From Octopus bimaculoides (taxonomy: Eukaryota), in NCBI RefSeq assembly GCF_001194135.2, contig NC_068999.1:13260933-13309783 (forward strand): a stretch of DNA of 48,851 nucleotides, written 5' to 3'. The position numbers were made by a program, and so were the translations under genes. Below, one piece after another: positions 34,493 through 48,851 of the stretch (position 1 is the first letter of the stretch; each line of letters starts with the position of its first letter). The notes beneath the pieces were generated by a model. That model was given only the letters and a program-made list of their open reading frames with translations. It did no database searches and was not told where the DNA came from.

Positions 34493-37400
34493 TTCTTTTA
34501 AGATAATTGTATATATAATAATTCTGCGAGCTAGGTTTAAGCAGTAGCTTCACGAAATCGTGGAGTGTATTTTCCTCTTAAATGTCGCTAACCCTTAAGT
34601 GTTGATGCCCTGTAGCTTGTGGCCTCAGGGAGACATCTCCTCCAGCTGGCTATTGACGTTATAGCGTTTTTTAAACAATCATATATGTTCTATGATCATT
34701 AAAATGCAATATCTTCCAACATAACCTGATTTCAATTTCATTTTTTTTTATCCTAGTTTAATCAGAGTCATACATTGCCGTGTTAACTCATAATCCTTCT
34801 ATGTAGCTCAAGTATTTGGTGAAAAAAAATACTACGAAAACAAATTAAACCGTCCCAAAAATGGGGGGGGGACGTTGCTAGTACATTATGCCCGAATATT
34901 TCAATGTTTTATTAAATATGAACTTACCTTATTTATAATTAAACTTCGTCTATCATCTCAAATTAATGTATTTATTTATTGTTGAAATGCTATTTACTAA
35001 CGTTATCTCATCGCCAATCAACCGGTAAACAACTCACCCGAACATAAAACAATACAAATCATATACCTTCTCATTCAGTCTAATATTATGAATACATGAA
35101 CACAAATAAAGAAGGCAAATATATATATTTTCTCTCTGAAGATATTATGCTCAGGACATATGTATATACATTTAATATTTACTAAGAATTAACTGAAACA
35201 GGTGTAACTGGAGGTGATTAATTTTCTGTTAATAATAAACGATTATTAACTTATTGACAAGTTTCTCGAAATAAGCGAAGAATGCGAATATTTGGTAAAA
35301 TCGCAATATATATCTAAGCGTGTCTGCCAACCTCAATTTAGATTTGTGAAAGTATGTGTATATCCATGCATTTATGCGTGTACGTACCTATTTATATCTA
35401 TATATCTATCTATTTATATATCTATATACACACATTAATATATATAAATACTGAATTTATAAACATCCATAATTATATTAAAGGGATCAAAAAAGCGTTC
35501 TCCAACACGCTATAAATATAGCCACCAAATAGAGCGAAAAAAAGACAGGATACAACTCCTACAGCACATATTCTAAGCGGGAAAATGAAAATAAGGAATG
35601 AAACTTCACAGTTAAACGTGTGTGTCGGATACATTTTCAGCCAAAAATCTATGAGAAAATCTTCTTGCTCACCATCGGCACAGGATTCATGTTATATAAT
35701 CACAAATACATATATGTACTCATACGAAGAACAAAACCGTACATCCATAAATAAATATTCGCACTTACACAACAGATAAAGTCAAATTTCTATTTTTCTT
35801 TTCGACGACGGATATTTAAAAAAAAAATAGCCTCGCAGCAATTGCGATTTTTCTCGGGAGCAAAACAATATTTCATCATTTATTTTTTACAGAATTAAGG
35901 ATAAACTCCCGTTAATCCTTTTATCAAATGGTCAGTGTGAAATAAATGTCAATGGTAATTTTCTATACCAAATTTATAATTATATATATATAATTATATT
36001 AAAGGCATCAGGAAAACATTCTAAATATGGATGTCAAATGACGCTAAATAAGCATTATATAACTACGGCCCAGGATGTAAGCGTGCAAATAGGAAATAAT
36101 AAATAAATTGTAGCATAAAAAAAGGTCTTCAATATTCAATTATCTATGCATGATGACTCATCTATATCTGTGTTTTCTTAATATGCACTGATTACCTTTA
36201 TATAACCACAGGCGCGTCTATTAGGATTTATAATGGTATAGATTGTCTTTCATTGGTATGTTGGACTAATATATGTGCGAGCGGACAAGTTGCTTCCGAG
36301 TGAAACTTTTTAACACAGATACTCTCTCTCTCTCTCTCTCTCTCACTCTCTCTCTCTCTCAACACACACACATAAGCACAGACATACACACACCCGCACA
36401 AACACACACATACACACATACAGAGGAAAACGCAAACCCACGTACGTGTCTCTTTAGGTGTGTAAGTTTGTATATATTTCAGCATTTGCTTATACAACAG
36501 TACGTAGGCCTTCGTATATACTTGTGTACACCACCTTCGGTTGTCCTACACCGCCCGAAAAATTGTTTGCCTTTCTTTACGTTCCTATAATTTGGTAGCT
36601 CTCTAATCGAGTCGATATAATAAGAGTCACACACAAATTTTGTTTCGAGTAAACATCACACATTATGCCTTTTGTTTTCGACAACAAAAACCAAGAGATT
36701 TGTAAAGATTATATTACCAGTGATTCTGATCTTTCCGTTTACGTCGTATCTTCAATGAAAGATATAAAAACCAAATATCGCCGATGTACTGTACTTTAAA
36801 TATATTTGATTACAATGTGACTAATATCACGTAACTTACGTATCTTTTCAGCTGTCAATTTTCAGAATTTCATACCGATATTTATCTCAACATATTGAAT
36901 TCTTCATACACGAAAGTTTTTCAAATAATTTTAACACAACACATAACATATTTTCTANNNNNNNNNNNNNNNNNNNNNNNNNNNNNNNNNNNNNNNNNNN
37001 NNNNNNNNNNNNNNNNNNNNNNNNNNNNNNNNNNNNNNNNNNNNNNNNNNNNNNNNNNNNNNNNNNNNNNNNNNNNNNNNNNNNNNNNNNNNNNNNNNNN
37101 NNNNNNNNNNNNNNNNNNNNNNNNNNNNNNNNNNNNNNNNNNNNNNNNNNNNNNNNNNNNNNNNNNNNNNNNNNNNNNNNNNNNNNNNNNNNNNNNNNNN
37201 NNNNNNNNNNNNNNNNNNNNNNNNNNNNNNNNNNNNNNNNNNNNNNNNNNNNNNNNNNNNNNNNNNNNNNNNNNNNNNNNNNNNNNNNNNNNNNNNNNNN
37301 NNNNNNNNNNNNNNNNNNNNNNNNNNNNNNNNNNNNNNNNNNNNNNNNNNNNNNNNNNNNNNNNNNNNNNNNNNNNNNNNNNNNNNNNNNNNNNNNNNNN

Positions 37401-38224
37401 NNNNNNNNNNNNNNNNNNNNNNNNNNNNNNNNNNNNNNNNNNNNNNNNNNNNNNNNNNNNNNNNNNNNNNNNNNNNNNNNNNNNNNNNNNNNNNNNNNNN
37501 NNNNNNNNNNNNNNNNNNNNNNNNNNNNNNNNNNNNNNNNNNNNNNNNNNNNNNNNNNNNNNNNNNNNNNNNNNNNNNNNNNNNNNNNNNNNNNNNNNNN
37601 NNNNNNNNNNNNNNNNNNNNNNNNNNNNNNNNNNNNNNNNNNNNNNNNNNNNNNNNNNNNNNNNNNNNNNNNNNNNNNNNNNNNNNNNNNNNNNNNNNNN
37701 NTATATATATAATGCTAAAAATCTAGAGAATCTTGTGTGTAACCGAAATATGTCAGAAATAGCATATGATATTACTTTTTGTTGTTGCATATTTATTTTC
37801 ATACTTACGTTCGGCTGTGTAGTACAAATTCTTGCGATACTTGGACCTCTATATAAACGATTAAAGATATTGTTTCTTTTTATTTCTTGACGGAAAAAAA
37901 TTACTTCCGTGACGTCAACACGTGTACACTCCTACACAATACCCAGTAATATACTGAGCGTCATGCCTTGTCAGTCAACACAAACACATGCCCGCTATAT
38001 GTGAGCTATACGCAGACATAGTATTTGAGCTCTCCAAGAAAAGTCGACATTTTGAAGTACACATTATTTTAATCATTTCGAAATATTTTTAACTGAATGC
38101 GATTTCATCATGCGGAGGCCAATAACTTCCGTAAATATATATTTATTTACTTTTGTTTAAGGTGAAGGAGAAGAGAAACTAAAAGACGTATGTGTGTGTA
38201 TATGAAATGGACCTGTGTGTGTAT

Positions 38225-38288
<64 letters not shown>

Positions 38289-39279
38289 ACGAGGAAGGAG
38301 GTGTTTTGTCACGTATACGTACATTCATCAATACATATGCGTACATATTTTTGTATTTACCTATGCGTGTGAGTGTGTGAGATGGAGAGAGTGAGTGAGT
38401 GAACGCTGGGTGTTCTCCTGTATGTGTAAGTGGCACTCTCTCTCTCTCTCTCTCTCTCAACACACAGACGCACACACACACACGTCCATTTTATATACAC
38501 GTTTATACACCTTACACTTTCACATCTGTTTCTTTTTAAAACAAAAGTAACAGGTGATTTTCAGGATAAAATTTGCTTCTACTCATGTAAAATTCGCACA
38601 CAAAGTTTTCAGAAGTGCCGATAGAGCCAGAGGGAACAGGTTTTCAATTTAGTTTTTTTTAGCATAATTTCAGTTGCTTTTGATTAGATTTTGTTAAAGT
38701 TTTATTATATTTAAGTCCTTATTGTTTCTGTAAATCCTGTTCTGACATTAGATGCGGCAATTTCCGAATGCTTGCAAACGAGTATCGGATTAAAAGCATA
38801 TCGGGATTAAACAGTAGACGGAAAGCGGGCTACCTGAATACTAGTTACAACACATACTACAAGTAAATGTCTAGGCTCTGCAATAATCTAAAAATACACT
38901 CTAAAGAAACAAATCAATCTCAAATGTTTGAGAAAAGATTTGAGCACATTTGTAATAAACAATCAAAGCTCCCGAAATTAATAGATCAAGTTGTATAGTG
39001 AACAGTTGTTAGTATGTGACCCCAGTTGCTGAATATTTACTATTTGCATCTACGAAAGTAGGTATAGAAATGTGTTCTCCATTTAATTTGTGCGTTCGTG
39101 TCATACGGATAAAAATCGTGATGGTGCATAACGTAAAGGGTGTTAGATGTATAGATTCAACATACCAAGTAGAAGAATGGGTTTTAGTGTGATTACCTGT
39201 TGATAAATTTATTTTGTTGAAATTTATTCAGTCTCAGTTTGTATTTATGTATCATTTTTACTTTCTTTCTTTATCATAC

Positions 39280-39860
39280 ATTAGTTGGTAGTATTAACTG
39301 AAGAAAGGTAAAAAGAGATTTGAAATTTCGCAGACATATTTAGCTAATATGTCTTTGCGCCCATTCAGTAGAATGTGTCCGATACTGGGGTCTCGTATTT
39401 TCTGATAATGAATAGTCAGTCTATTTCCGAGAATGAGTTTTGTTTGACCTGTGTAATCCACGTAACAACCTTTAAATTTAACAAAATGCTTCTTTATGGC
39501 AAAACGGTTCTGATACAAATTCAGGTTTTACTTTCAATTAGGTTAATGTAAATTTAGATATTAAAGTGGCTACACTTTTTTACTGTTGGTGTGGGGTTTT
39601 CAGAGGGTAAATTATCACTGATGAATAATGCTTTGAGTAATTTTCATTCCCTTATTTTTGATAGTTTGTGTAGTTCAAGTGTTTGTTCCATCCATCAGCC
39701 TTATCTCCAAAGTGGAATATTATGCTGCCTAATCTTTTGTGTTCTAATAACGGGTAGAGTATTAGAACTTTTTGCTTTTTCGTAATTCTTGAATGTCTAT
39801 TGGTTTCGCGCTCACTATTCCGTTGTGTATCAACGATCTCGTATATTTAGTCAGTGTATT
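39280..39860 (-). mobile_element. Penelope-like element fragment (Neptune-like GIY-YIG region), decayed
   Basis: KFKGCYVDYTGQTKLILGNRLTIHYQKIRDP...CEISNLFLPF matches CxGCxxxYxGQT...LxxRxxxHxQxIRDP; upstream AKPIDIQELRK and SNTLPVIRT match the PLE linker. Confidence 0.75.
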
Positions 39861-42367
39861 ATTTGGGAACGTCACTAGATATATTCATTCAACAGTGATA
39901 GCTTTAGCTTATGGCACCAAACATAGTGTCATATGATATTAAAGAACAGACGTATCAGGATCATTTTCTGAAACTAATCATGTGATCATTCTCTGCCAAT
40001 CAATTCATATCGGAAACAGACACTAATCTGCGACACGATACACTCTGTAAAACCAAGACGATTTTCAAAATCTAGTCCGATGCAAGAGGGACTGTAGCAT
40101 AGCTCCATGTCTGATTTCAATCATTGAAAATCAGATTTATCCCCGGAATCGGTTGCATTTTTGAAAATATAAATCTAAAATGTCTGAACGAATTCCAGTC
40201 CATATTCAATGTCCGTTACTTATATTTCTACCCGTGGTGAATAAAATATCACGATATATATANNNNNNNNNNNNNNNNNNNNNNNNNNNNNNNNNNNNNN
40301 NNNNNNNNNNNNNNNNNNNNNNNNNNNNNNNNNNNNNNNNNNNNNNNNNNNNNNNNNNNNNNNNNNNNNNNNNNNNNNNNNNNNNNNNNNNNNNNNNNNN
40401 NNNNNNNNNNNNNNNNNNNNNNNNNNNNNNNNNNNNNNNNNNNNNNNNNNNNNNNNNNNNNNNNNNNNNNNNNNNNNNNNNNNNNNNNNNNNNNNNNNNN
40501 NNNNNNNNNNNNNNNNNNNNNNNNNNNNNNNNNNNNNNNNNNNNNNNNNNNNNNNNNNNNNNNNNNNNNNNNNNNNNNNNNNNNNNNNNNNNNNNNNNNN
40601 NNNNNNNNNNNNNNNNNNNNNNNNNNNNNNNNNNNNNNNNNNNNNNNNNNNNNNNNNNNNNNNNNNNNNNNNNNNNNNNNNNNNNNNNNNNNNNNNNNNN
40701 NNNNNNNNNNNNNNNNNNNNNNNNNNNNNNNNNNNNNNNNNNNNNNNNNNNNNNNNNNNNNNNNNNNNNNNNNNNNNNNNNNNNNNNNNNNNNNNNNNNN
40801 NNNNNNNNNNNNNNNNNNNNNNNNNNNNNNNNNNNNNNNNNNNNNNNNNNNNNNNNNNNNNNNNNNNNNNNNNNNNNNNNNNNNNNNNNNNNNNNNNNNN
40901 NNNNNNNNNNNNNNNNNNNNNNNNNNNNNNNNNNNNNNNNNNNNNNNNNNNNNNNNNNNTATATACATACATACATTACCTGAATATGTTGATAAGCTCT
41001 ATTTTTCATTGTTTGTTTATTTGTTCTCTCATAGATTCTATGTTTTGGCAAATATTGAGCAATTAGTGAGGTGAAAAAGAAAGAAAAGAGCAAAACTATA
41101 ATTATCCAGAGATAAAAACCGACTCACTGTAGATGAAATACACATGAAGTTAGAAGTTGAGAGAAAATTCTGATCGTGTCATAGATATTAATGTTATAAA
41201 CCAAGATTTGAAACTTAGCAACCCTGCGAAAGTGTATTACACAGAATAACGTTATTTACAATATGAAATATTTCTTTCTCTGCGTTACACAATCATTTTC
41301 ATGTTTTAATATTTGATTAGAAAAATGTTATTTTTCTCTTCCTTATATTTAACCATAATTCATTATCATAAATATTCGAGACAAATTCTCCTTTTTTGTG
41401 GTAAAGAGGAAATAAAATAAAAAGTATCTGATGCTCTCTCGGTTATGAAAATGAGAATTGCTCACATGTTTTACAGAGTTTTAGTATAATATTTAATATA
41501 GCTTGTATTGTGTTGTCGACCGGTTCCGCTTTAGCTATTCATGACATTAAAATTCATTTAAATACGTATTTTCGTATGAAAATTGTTTTTGTCTATTTTG
41601 TGTGAAGTTTATGAATGAATGATTCAACAAACCGAAGATCTGAGGGGAGGTCATTGGTTATAGTTATTATTCTGGGCAGAGGATATAACTGTTCAGCTTT
41701 CGGTAACGGAGAGGGTGGAATATATATATATACATACACAAAAATTCAAAAACTAGCGTAGTGAGGAGAAATATGTATAGTGATGGGAATGTAGTCTTGA
41801 ATTAAAATATGTAAAGTGATCAAAGTTGGTTCTGCGTGCATATTTAGACGTATTTTATATATATTTGCACTGGTAGAAAGGGAAAACTGTGAAATTTGGT
41901 TTGATGTTAATTGCACGTTTCTCTATGTATTCCCTTAAACGAATTTGTCTGTATTGAGGAACCGGATCTGCTCCGTATGTGGAGTGGTTGTCCGTCTCAA
42001 TGTTAAAATAATTTTTCTAATAGAAATGTGTATTTAAATAAATGTTGATGTCATGAATAGCGAACAAGAAACACAATACTATATATATATAACACAATTA
42101 TATTAAAACTATGTAAAAAGTGTGTGCATTTTCCTTCCTTAATTTCTTAGAACTCACGACGTGGTGATAATCGAAATGTCTCGCTTTTTGTTACTATATA
42201 TATATATATATATATAGTTTTTAACTTTTAAATTCGTATATTTAAAAGAAATAGAAACTTCAAACTCGATATATCCAAGATCGATTTATTTACCACTCTA
42301 TGTCAACATTTCTGTGCCCAAACTTATCCAGTCTAACTGCAGCACAACTCACTGCAACTTCTAACAG

Positions 42368-42436
42368 ATTGTGGCTGGTGTCCCCAATGTCTGAATCAAT
42401 ACGTTGGTGCATTCTATGTACAGAAGATGCCTGGAG
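42368..42436 (+). other. Candidate 69-bp coding exon (unassigned)
   Basis: Acceptor cttctaacag|, donor GAG|gtaatc; open phase-1/phase-1 frame (D)CGWCPQCLNQYVGAFYVQKMPG. An alternative minus-strand exon 42294-42465 is also possible. Confidence 0.25.
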
Positions 42437-44688
42437 GTAATCAACGCTAACGGTTAATACACGAGCTATTGAATAAATCTCTCTGGACCCAAGACACTCG
42501 CTCATCACGTGATACTATATGACATCAACCATGTTTCTGAAAATTCCGTTTTATCATTAGGAAAGAACGTTTCCTTAACTAGCACTCTTCAATCAACGCT
42601 ATGGCAGTCTGTTGATAAACCGGCTTTTATTTAATTTGCTTTGACAATCTGTCCTGTTAAGTATTGAAAGGAACTTCGATGACGTGTGGTTATATTGCTG
42701 GCAATTTGGGATACTATCATTTCATTGTAAAAGCCTAAGTTGGTCAGATTTTGGCAAAAGTAGATTGGCGAATGAGGCTCAGAAGAAGTAACTCCTAGAT
42801 AATCGGATCTCGCACAAGTAGATAATTCTATAAAAAGACAATCAAAGATAATTTTAGCAGTACAAATGTGTCAAAAACAGTCGCAAAAAAATGTAACAGG
42901 AAAAGTTTTATGAAATTCCTGTTTCACGTGATTTGCATTATCCCTAGTTTCCAAAGTATAACAGTAATTTATTTGAGAATGTGTATTCATAAAATATTTT
43001 GTCCGTAGCATCTATTTAGTTTTGAAAATGAATTGTATTTTAATAAAACTGACTTTATAAGCTTTCAATTGTGTATATATTATTAGAACACCCTGTATAC
43101 TTGTGTATAAATGTCTACGTACGTTTGTGTGCGTGTATCTTTGAATGTATTTGTGTGTATGTGTGTCTCCGTGTGTGCGAGCCAATTGATACATAAATAC
43201 ATACACATTGCAGAGGGTGATACACCGTGGTACGATTCTAACTTCTCTTATCCTTTATTGTATACAACTTGAAATATTTACATTATTAATGTTTGTCTCG
43301 TTTTAGATAATCTAGTAATTGAAAACATGAAATATCATTTTTAATTAAATCGAGAGATCATAAATGTCATTGAAGTATTAATATATTGGTGTGTTAAATA
43401 CAAGAAAGGATAATGAGTCATACAATACCTCTTTACGAAATAATTTACGGCGAAATTAATGTAGTCATAGAAGTTGTAGTGAAAATGATGATGGTTATAC
43501 TGACGACAACAACAGCAATATTAAGAACAATGATAATAAGAATATTAATAGTAATAATAATGATGATAAAAATAATAATAATGAAAATAGTGGTAGTACT
43601 AGTAATATTAGCTATAAATTTTCATTTACAAATCTCCAAGCTTTCTAGCAAAAATAAGTAAAGTAGCATAGAACGATACATATATATGAAAAACAATATT
43701 CCGAAGAAGGGCATTACGAAAAGCTAAGAAATAAAAGTATTTTATAATCAGTCTCAAACCTAGATTTTGAACCATTTCGTCCTTATAAACGCCCGGTCTA
43801 CAAACATGATGTCAGGGCTTGTTCTTTGATTGTAGACATAAACTTACGTTAACTATCATTGTATACCCCTCGGCCATATTTTAGTAATGCATAGACCCAC
43901 ACTTGACAGCATTGCTACAATACTGGGTTTGTTCATCATGAGAATTTGCAGATTTACCTACAGAACCAATATAAATATACTGAGATCTTTAATTTCACAT
44001 AGGGAACATAATGCAAGCGAGCGCACAAATTCATAAATGGATTCATATATTTGATTTATATTTTTCGGTGTAAAGGCAGAGTGAAATCAATTACTTTCGC
44101 TCTACACACCAGCTTTTTAGTTTCACCGCAGAATTCATTGTGTTTTACCATAGAACAATAAGTCTTGACATGAAAATAACAAGACTTGTATTTTCTCAAA
44201 TATAAGTGTAATATCTACCCTTAGATGTTGTTTATGTGTTTATTGATTCTTAATACCAGACCGAATTATACGGTTTATGACTTGTATTGTTATATATTCC
44301 GGCGAAGAGTTTAGAGTTACAGTTGAGATAAAATACAGTAGGTAAATAGTATTAGAAGAATACATGAAGAAATTGCATAGAGATGATTGAGGTAATTTAA
44401 ATATAAATAATTAAGTTTATTTTTACTTTAAAAATGGAATATTCGTTTATAATGTATAAATGGTGTTATGCAAATTTGTATATACGCATGTACGCTCATA
44501 TGCATGTACACACATACATATTTGCATCCGTACGCATATATACATATACAAAGACTCACGCATATACTCATATGCATATATCCACAGGTACACAAATATC
44601 GGTGCATATACCTATATACGTATATAAACATGTATATATTCATGCGTGAATATATTGATATGTGTACAGCCACACAGACAACATCTAA

Positions 44689-44719
<31 letters not shown>

Positions 44720-46352
44720 CTCATATGCATATATATATATATATATATATATATNNNNNNNNNNNNNNNNNNNNNNNNNNNNNNNNNNNNNNNNNNNNNN
44801 NNNNNNNNNNNNNNNNNNNNNNNNNNNNNNNNNNNNNNNNNNNNNNNNNNNNNNNNNNNNNNNNNNNNNNNNNNNNNNNNNNNNNNNNNNNNNNNNNNNN
44901 NNNNNNNNNNNNNNNNNNATATATAATACTCTTTTTACCCACCACCCATACGAAGAAGTTTTTATAGATTCAGGTCGGTCAAGTAATTCGGAAAATGAAT
45001 GAAATATGACTATGTATGTATATATGTGTAAATTATTATTCAAAATATCAAAGATCGAATTGCGTTATTGTCTAATTGCTGAAGAATTCGGGAGCAGCAA
45101 TGCAAGTACTCTTTAGTTTAGAATGCATAATGAAGACATACCAGAGTCGTTTCGTACTTGTTTATATTTATTAAATCTGGTTTTCCATTCTGCATGCAAG
45201 TGAGCATTTGCAATTTCATTTGCTGAATCTGTAATTCCATTCATTAGTTTGTAAACAAGTAAATTTCCATCGTATACAGTAAGTCAATCAGCCACTTTCT
45301 CTCACCACGCTTAATTCTCTACTTGAGTACTTAACGTTTGTAAATCATATTAAACTTATCAATATTTGAAGTAAGTTATTTCTTAAATTTGTCAGAATCT
45401 ATTCTTTTTCTCGAACGCCTCTCAAGCGTAATCAATCTTTGATTGTAATATTGCTTCAGACGTTAATTGATACATTTACAGGCGCATATACTATGTATTA
45501 AATATATTTTCCTACTTAGTGCCATTCCCCCAATATTCCCCTCCCGATATTTGGATCATAATATATGCACAGTTTCTTTTTTTTTTCTTTTTAATAAGAC
45601 AGAATCCTTTTCTTAAAATATTATTTCGTATTTCTCATTTGATATGTGTTGGAATAGAAATTCTAGATTTCATGCATTTCAATGATTGATGATTTCATGA
45701 ATTAATATACTAAACGTTATTTATACAAACATACATTTACACATAGATACATTCTGACGTACACTCATTTACATAAACACGTACAAAAACATAAACTCTC
45801 TCTTTCTTTCTCTCTCACTGACACATACATACACACAAACAAACACCCACACACACTTAAGAGTATATGTGTATATTTGTTTAGAAGTGAGTTTGGTATA
45901 TCATTATTTATTATATCCAACGATCTACGAGTGTATCTTGTTGAATATTTAGAAAGTTGTATTATTATTACGATATAAAATACCCTTTCCTGCTATATAT
46001 CTATACCTATTACCTGGAGACAAGTGTCTTCGGCAAATTGTGCAATCTCACAATCCTCGGGTCAAATAAGTAATTATGTAATACATACATAAAGAAAATA
46101 TCTCTTGATACAATCAATTAATCACTACATATAATTGTCAAAATGAAACAAAGGTAGAAATTTAGAAGAATTAAATATTATAAATTATAAGCCATGCATA
46201 GAGCAAGTCTAATAATATTTAAATTACGTCTGCACAGGTTCTGTACGGCACATACAAGCTAAATCATTGTATCAAAATAATTATACTTTTACTTAAATTT
46301 AATTAATCGCTCTTAAATTAAATTATTTCTTCATTTCTTTTTCCATACATGT

Positions 46353-46395
<43 letters not shown>

Positions 46396-47191
46396 CATAT
46401 ATATACACATATATAGACATATATGTGTTTGTGTGTGTTTGTGTATGTGTTTGTGTGTGTGTGTGTATGTGTCTGTGTGTGCGCGTGTGCGTGCGTGTGC
46501 GTGCGTGCGTACGTCTGCGTCTATATATATGCATATAAAGTGTGAGATCGGCGCCATTTACATTTCGAATTTAACGTCCCAAGCTTCAACACGAATATTA
46601 CAGAGTATTTGGGAATATGCCGAGGATTGAGGAAGAGTTGGATGTGTTTACTGGTGATTACGTAGGTACGGCAACTCGGAAATTTACTCTTAACGTTCGG
46701 TTAAGAAAATAACTTCTGGTCCCGATTGAAAGCCATCCTTCAATGACAATCAATTCCACCACCATGGGAGTGTTTGTGCTTATTGTCAGCCAGAATCTCA
46801 TGTGAGTTATTACACTTTTCGAGAAAAAATTCTGAGTACTACGCTTTCTACAATTCACATCTTCTTCCAGGGTTAGGCTTCCTTTCATGGATTATTTAAC
46901 AATAGTTCCTATCCTGATACCAAGTTAGATTACATATGGTTTGTTCGCTTATGTCGGCATTCTTGCTATTTGTTGATCTATAATTATTATTATGGTTACT
47001 ATTGTTGTTGCATTTTTTACATGATAACTGTTTTAGTTACTAGCGGTGTGTTAAAGCTTGGCTATGTTGACGTTTTGCTATTAGTGAAGGCTGGTCTGAG
47101 CCTAATTTTTATTCAATATTTTATTATATCCACTGTGTTTTGGAACATGTTTAGCCAATCCCGAATCCATTCACAAAGTTTTGGTGTCCAG

Positions 47192-47250
47192 TAGGCTATT
47201 GGAGAAATCACTTGCAATGTGATGGCCTGAACACTGAACCATATGGCTAA
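47192..47250 (+). other. Candidate terminal coding exon (unassigned)
   Basis: Acceptor ttttggtgtccag|; frame (V)GYWRNHLQCDGLNTEPYG* is phase-compatible with 42368-42436. Confidence 0.2.
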
Positions 47251-47290
47251 GAAGAAGACCGCTCACACCACATCCACGCCTGCGGCTATA

Positions 47291-47322
47291 GCTATCTATC
47301 TATCTATCTATCTATCTATCTG

Positions 47323-47367
<45 letters not shown>

Positions 47368-47386
47368 TTATCTATATATACATATC

Positions 47387-47450
<64 letters not shown>
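47291..47450 (+). repeat. (TATC)n/(TA)n/(TC)n compound microsatellite
   Basis: Directly visible. Confidence 0.95.
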
Positions 47451-47454
<4 letters not shown>

Positions 47455-48318
47455 ATTACACAAGGTCGCACGGTCACACACATACGCCACATATATATGC
47501 ATCTATATAGGAAATATGCGAAACAACTTCCATAAATACATGTATATATATTGAACCATGCACACACATGCCCATATATACTTATACATAGAGATAATGA
47601 GAGGCAGAAATACGTTCGACATTTAGTCCGACAAACTGGAATAATTGAATGATCGAGAATGTATTGATCAAATTAACATAAGTATGTAAAAGAAATGTAA
47701 TATATGTGAAAAGAAGTTCTTGCCGAAATGTGGAAATTAAATATTGCATTAAAATAATAATAACTATAACATATACCATGTTGGGAAAAATAAATATAAT
47801 TTAGTAACATCATTTATTTCTGGCTACCCAAAACATGACTGAAATTTTCGGATAAGTTTGAAACTTGCAATTTTGATTTGCATAATATAATTATATTATT
47901 TCCCATGATTCTAGAATATGACATTATAGATTCATTACTGAAGAATATTCTAATAATATTCTGCTAGGATGATTGTCGAAATTATTATCGAAATGCAAAT
48001 GGAACAAGGTTGACAAATGCTTATGTATACATTACAAAATATTTTATGCAAAAATGGTTTCGCACATTTAACCTGCAAGTTATATATTCTGTGAGAAGTG
48101 AAATAAAAGATCGACATAAATATATATGTACGTACTCAAAGAAAATGTTATGTGATTGGAAACTTAATCTACACACACATAAACATAACCTTACGTTTAT
48201 GAGCACATATATATTTAGATAAACGTACATATACATACACATATATCTCGCATATACCGATACATATATATATATATATACACGCGCACACACGCCCACA
48301 GACACACATACACACACA

Positions 48319-48386
<68 letters not shown>

Positions 48387-48851
48387 ACAACGTAAAGTTG
48401 GAAGGTACGGCATGAGTGGAAATATATAGGGAAGTGTATTCCAAAATTCAGAGCTTTCTCGACCGGTTTCTCTTTGCTTAAAATAATGATTTTCAAAATA
48501 ATATGTAAGGCTTTCAGTAAGCCTTGTGGCGTTAAATATAGTTAACATAAATGTATTAAAATGGTATGATAGCGTATGATGAGAAAATGTGATACAGTGA
48601 TACAGTATGTTTACAAAATGTTAAGAGGGGTTTGTGTTTAAACAGGTTAACATTTGACAGTGAAATAAATTGATAATTATTGATAAGTTCAGAAAAATCA
48701 TGATTGTATATAACCATGTGTATTCAAAGCATATGCAGACAGTTTTTGATAGAAGAAAGAGTGGATTCCTTAGTGAAAATTTCATCGGAAACAATATTTA
48801 AATATTGATACATAATTTTAGTGGGAATATCATATATATGAACATATATAT

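Noticed and set aside
38815-38850. gcgggctacctgaatactagt resembling a Helitron 3' end
   Set aside because: No clear hairpin or 5' TC end could be established.
40110-40136. Small hairpin tctgatttcaatcattgaaaatcaga
   Set aside because: Short and AT-rich, so expected by chance.
2661-48496. Numerous ORFs rich in HT/YI/CV/ER/X runs (e.g. 7821-8707, 13648-14000, 21855-22752, 44428-45043, 46318-46630, 48021-48496)
   Set aside because: They are translations of (CA)n, (TA)n, (GA)n microsatellites or N-gaps, not genes.
1-48851. CRISPR arrays, rRNA, prokaryotic operons or terminators
   Set aside because: None seen; the tandem repeats are simple microsatellites or short retroelement tails without unique spacers, and the window is eukaryotic.

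Overview
AT-rich eukaryotic genomic DNA with 12 N-gaps (3676-3685, 4917-5119, 7925-8475, 10715-10724, 17487-17574, 21923-22622, 27682-28165, 28880-29326, 33622-33815, 36958-37701, 40263-40960, 44755-44918) and dense (CA)n/(TA)n/(TAA)n/(TAG)n/(TATC)n microsatellites. The SINE repertoire and repeat landscape suggest an octopus/cephalopod genome (inference from recalled repeat families, not a database search). No host protein-coding gene can be identified with confidence; most ORF-track entries are microsatellite or N-gap artefacts, and only a few low-confidence candidate exons are offered. The window is a graveyard of mobile elements: three Tc1/mariner remnants, a long palindromic MITE, LINE fragments (R4/Dong, RTE, CR1-like, Tx1), two or three tRNA-derived SINE families, and several Penelope-like element (PLE) remnants. 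The most interesting signal is a set of minimal type-I hammerhead ribozymes (HHR) in PLE terminal repeats. One has an intact core (14937-14999) and one has a precisely compensatory G3:C8 swap of the conserved C3:G8 core pair (7650-7700). They sit in a composite module of tRNA-like Pol III promoter + (AAT)n + HHR + tail. This module occurs at the 3' end of a PLE ORF and also as an ORF-less head-to-head pair.
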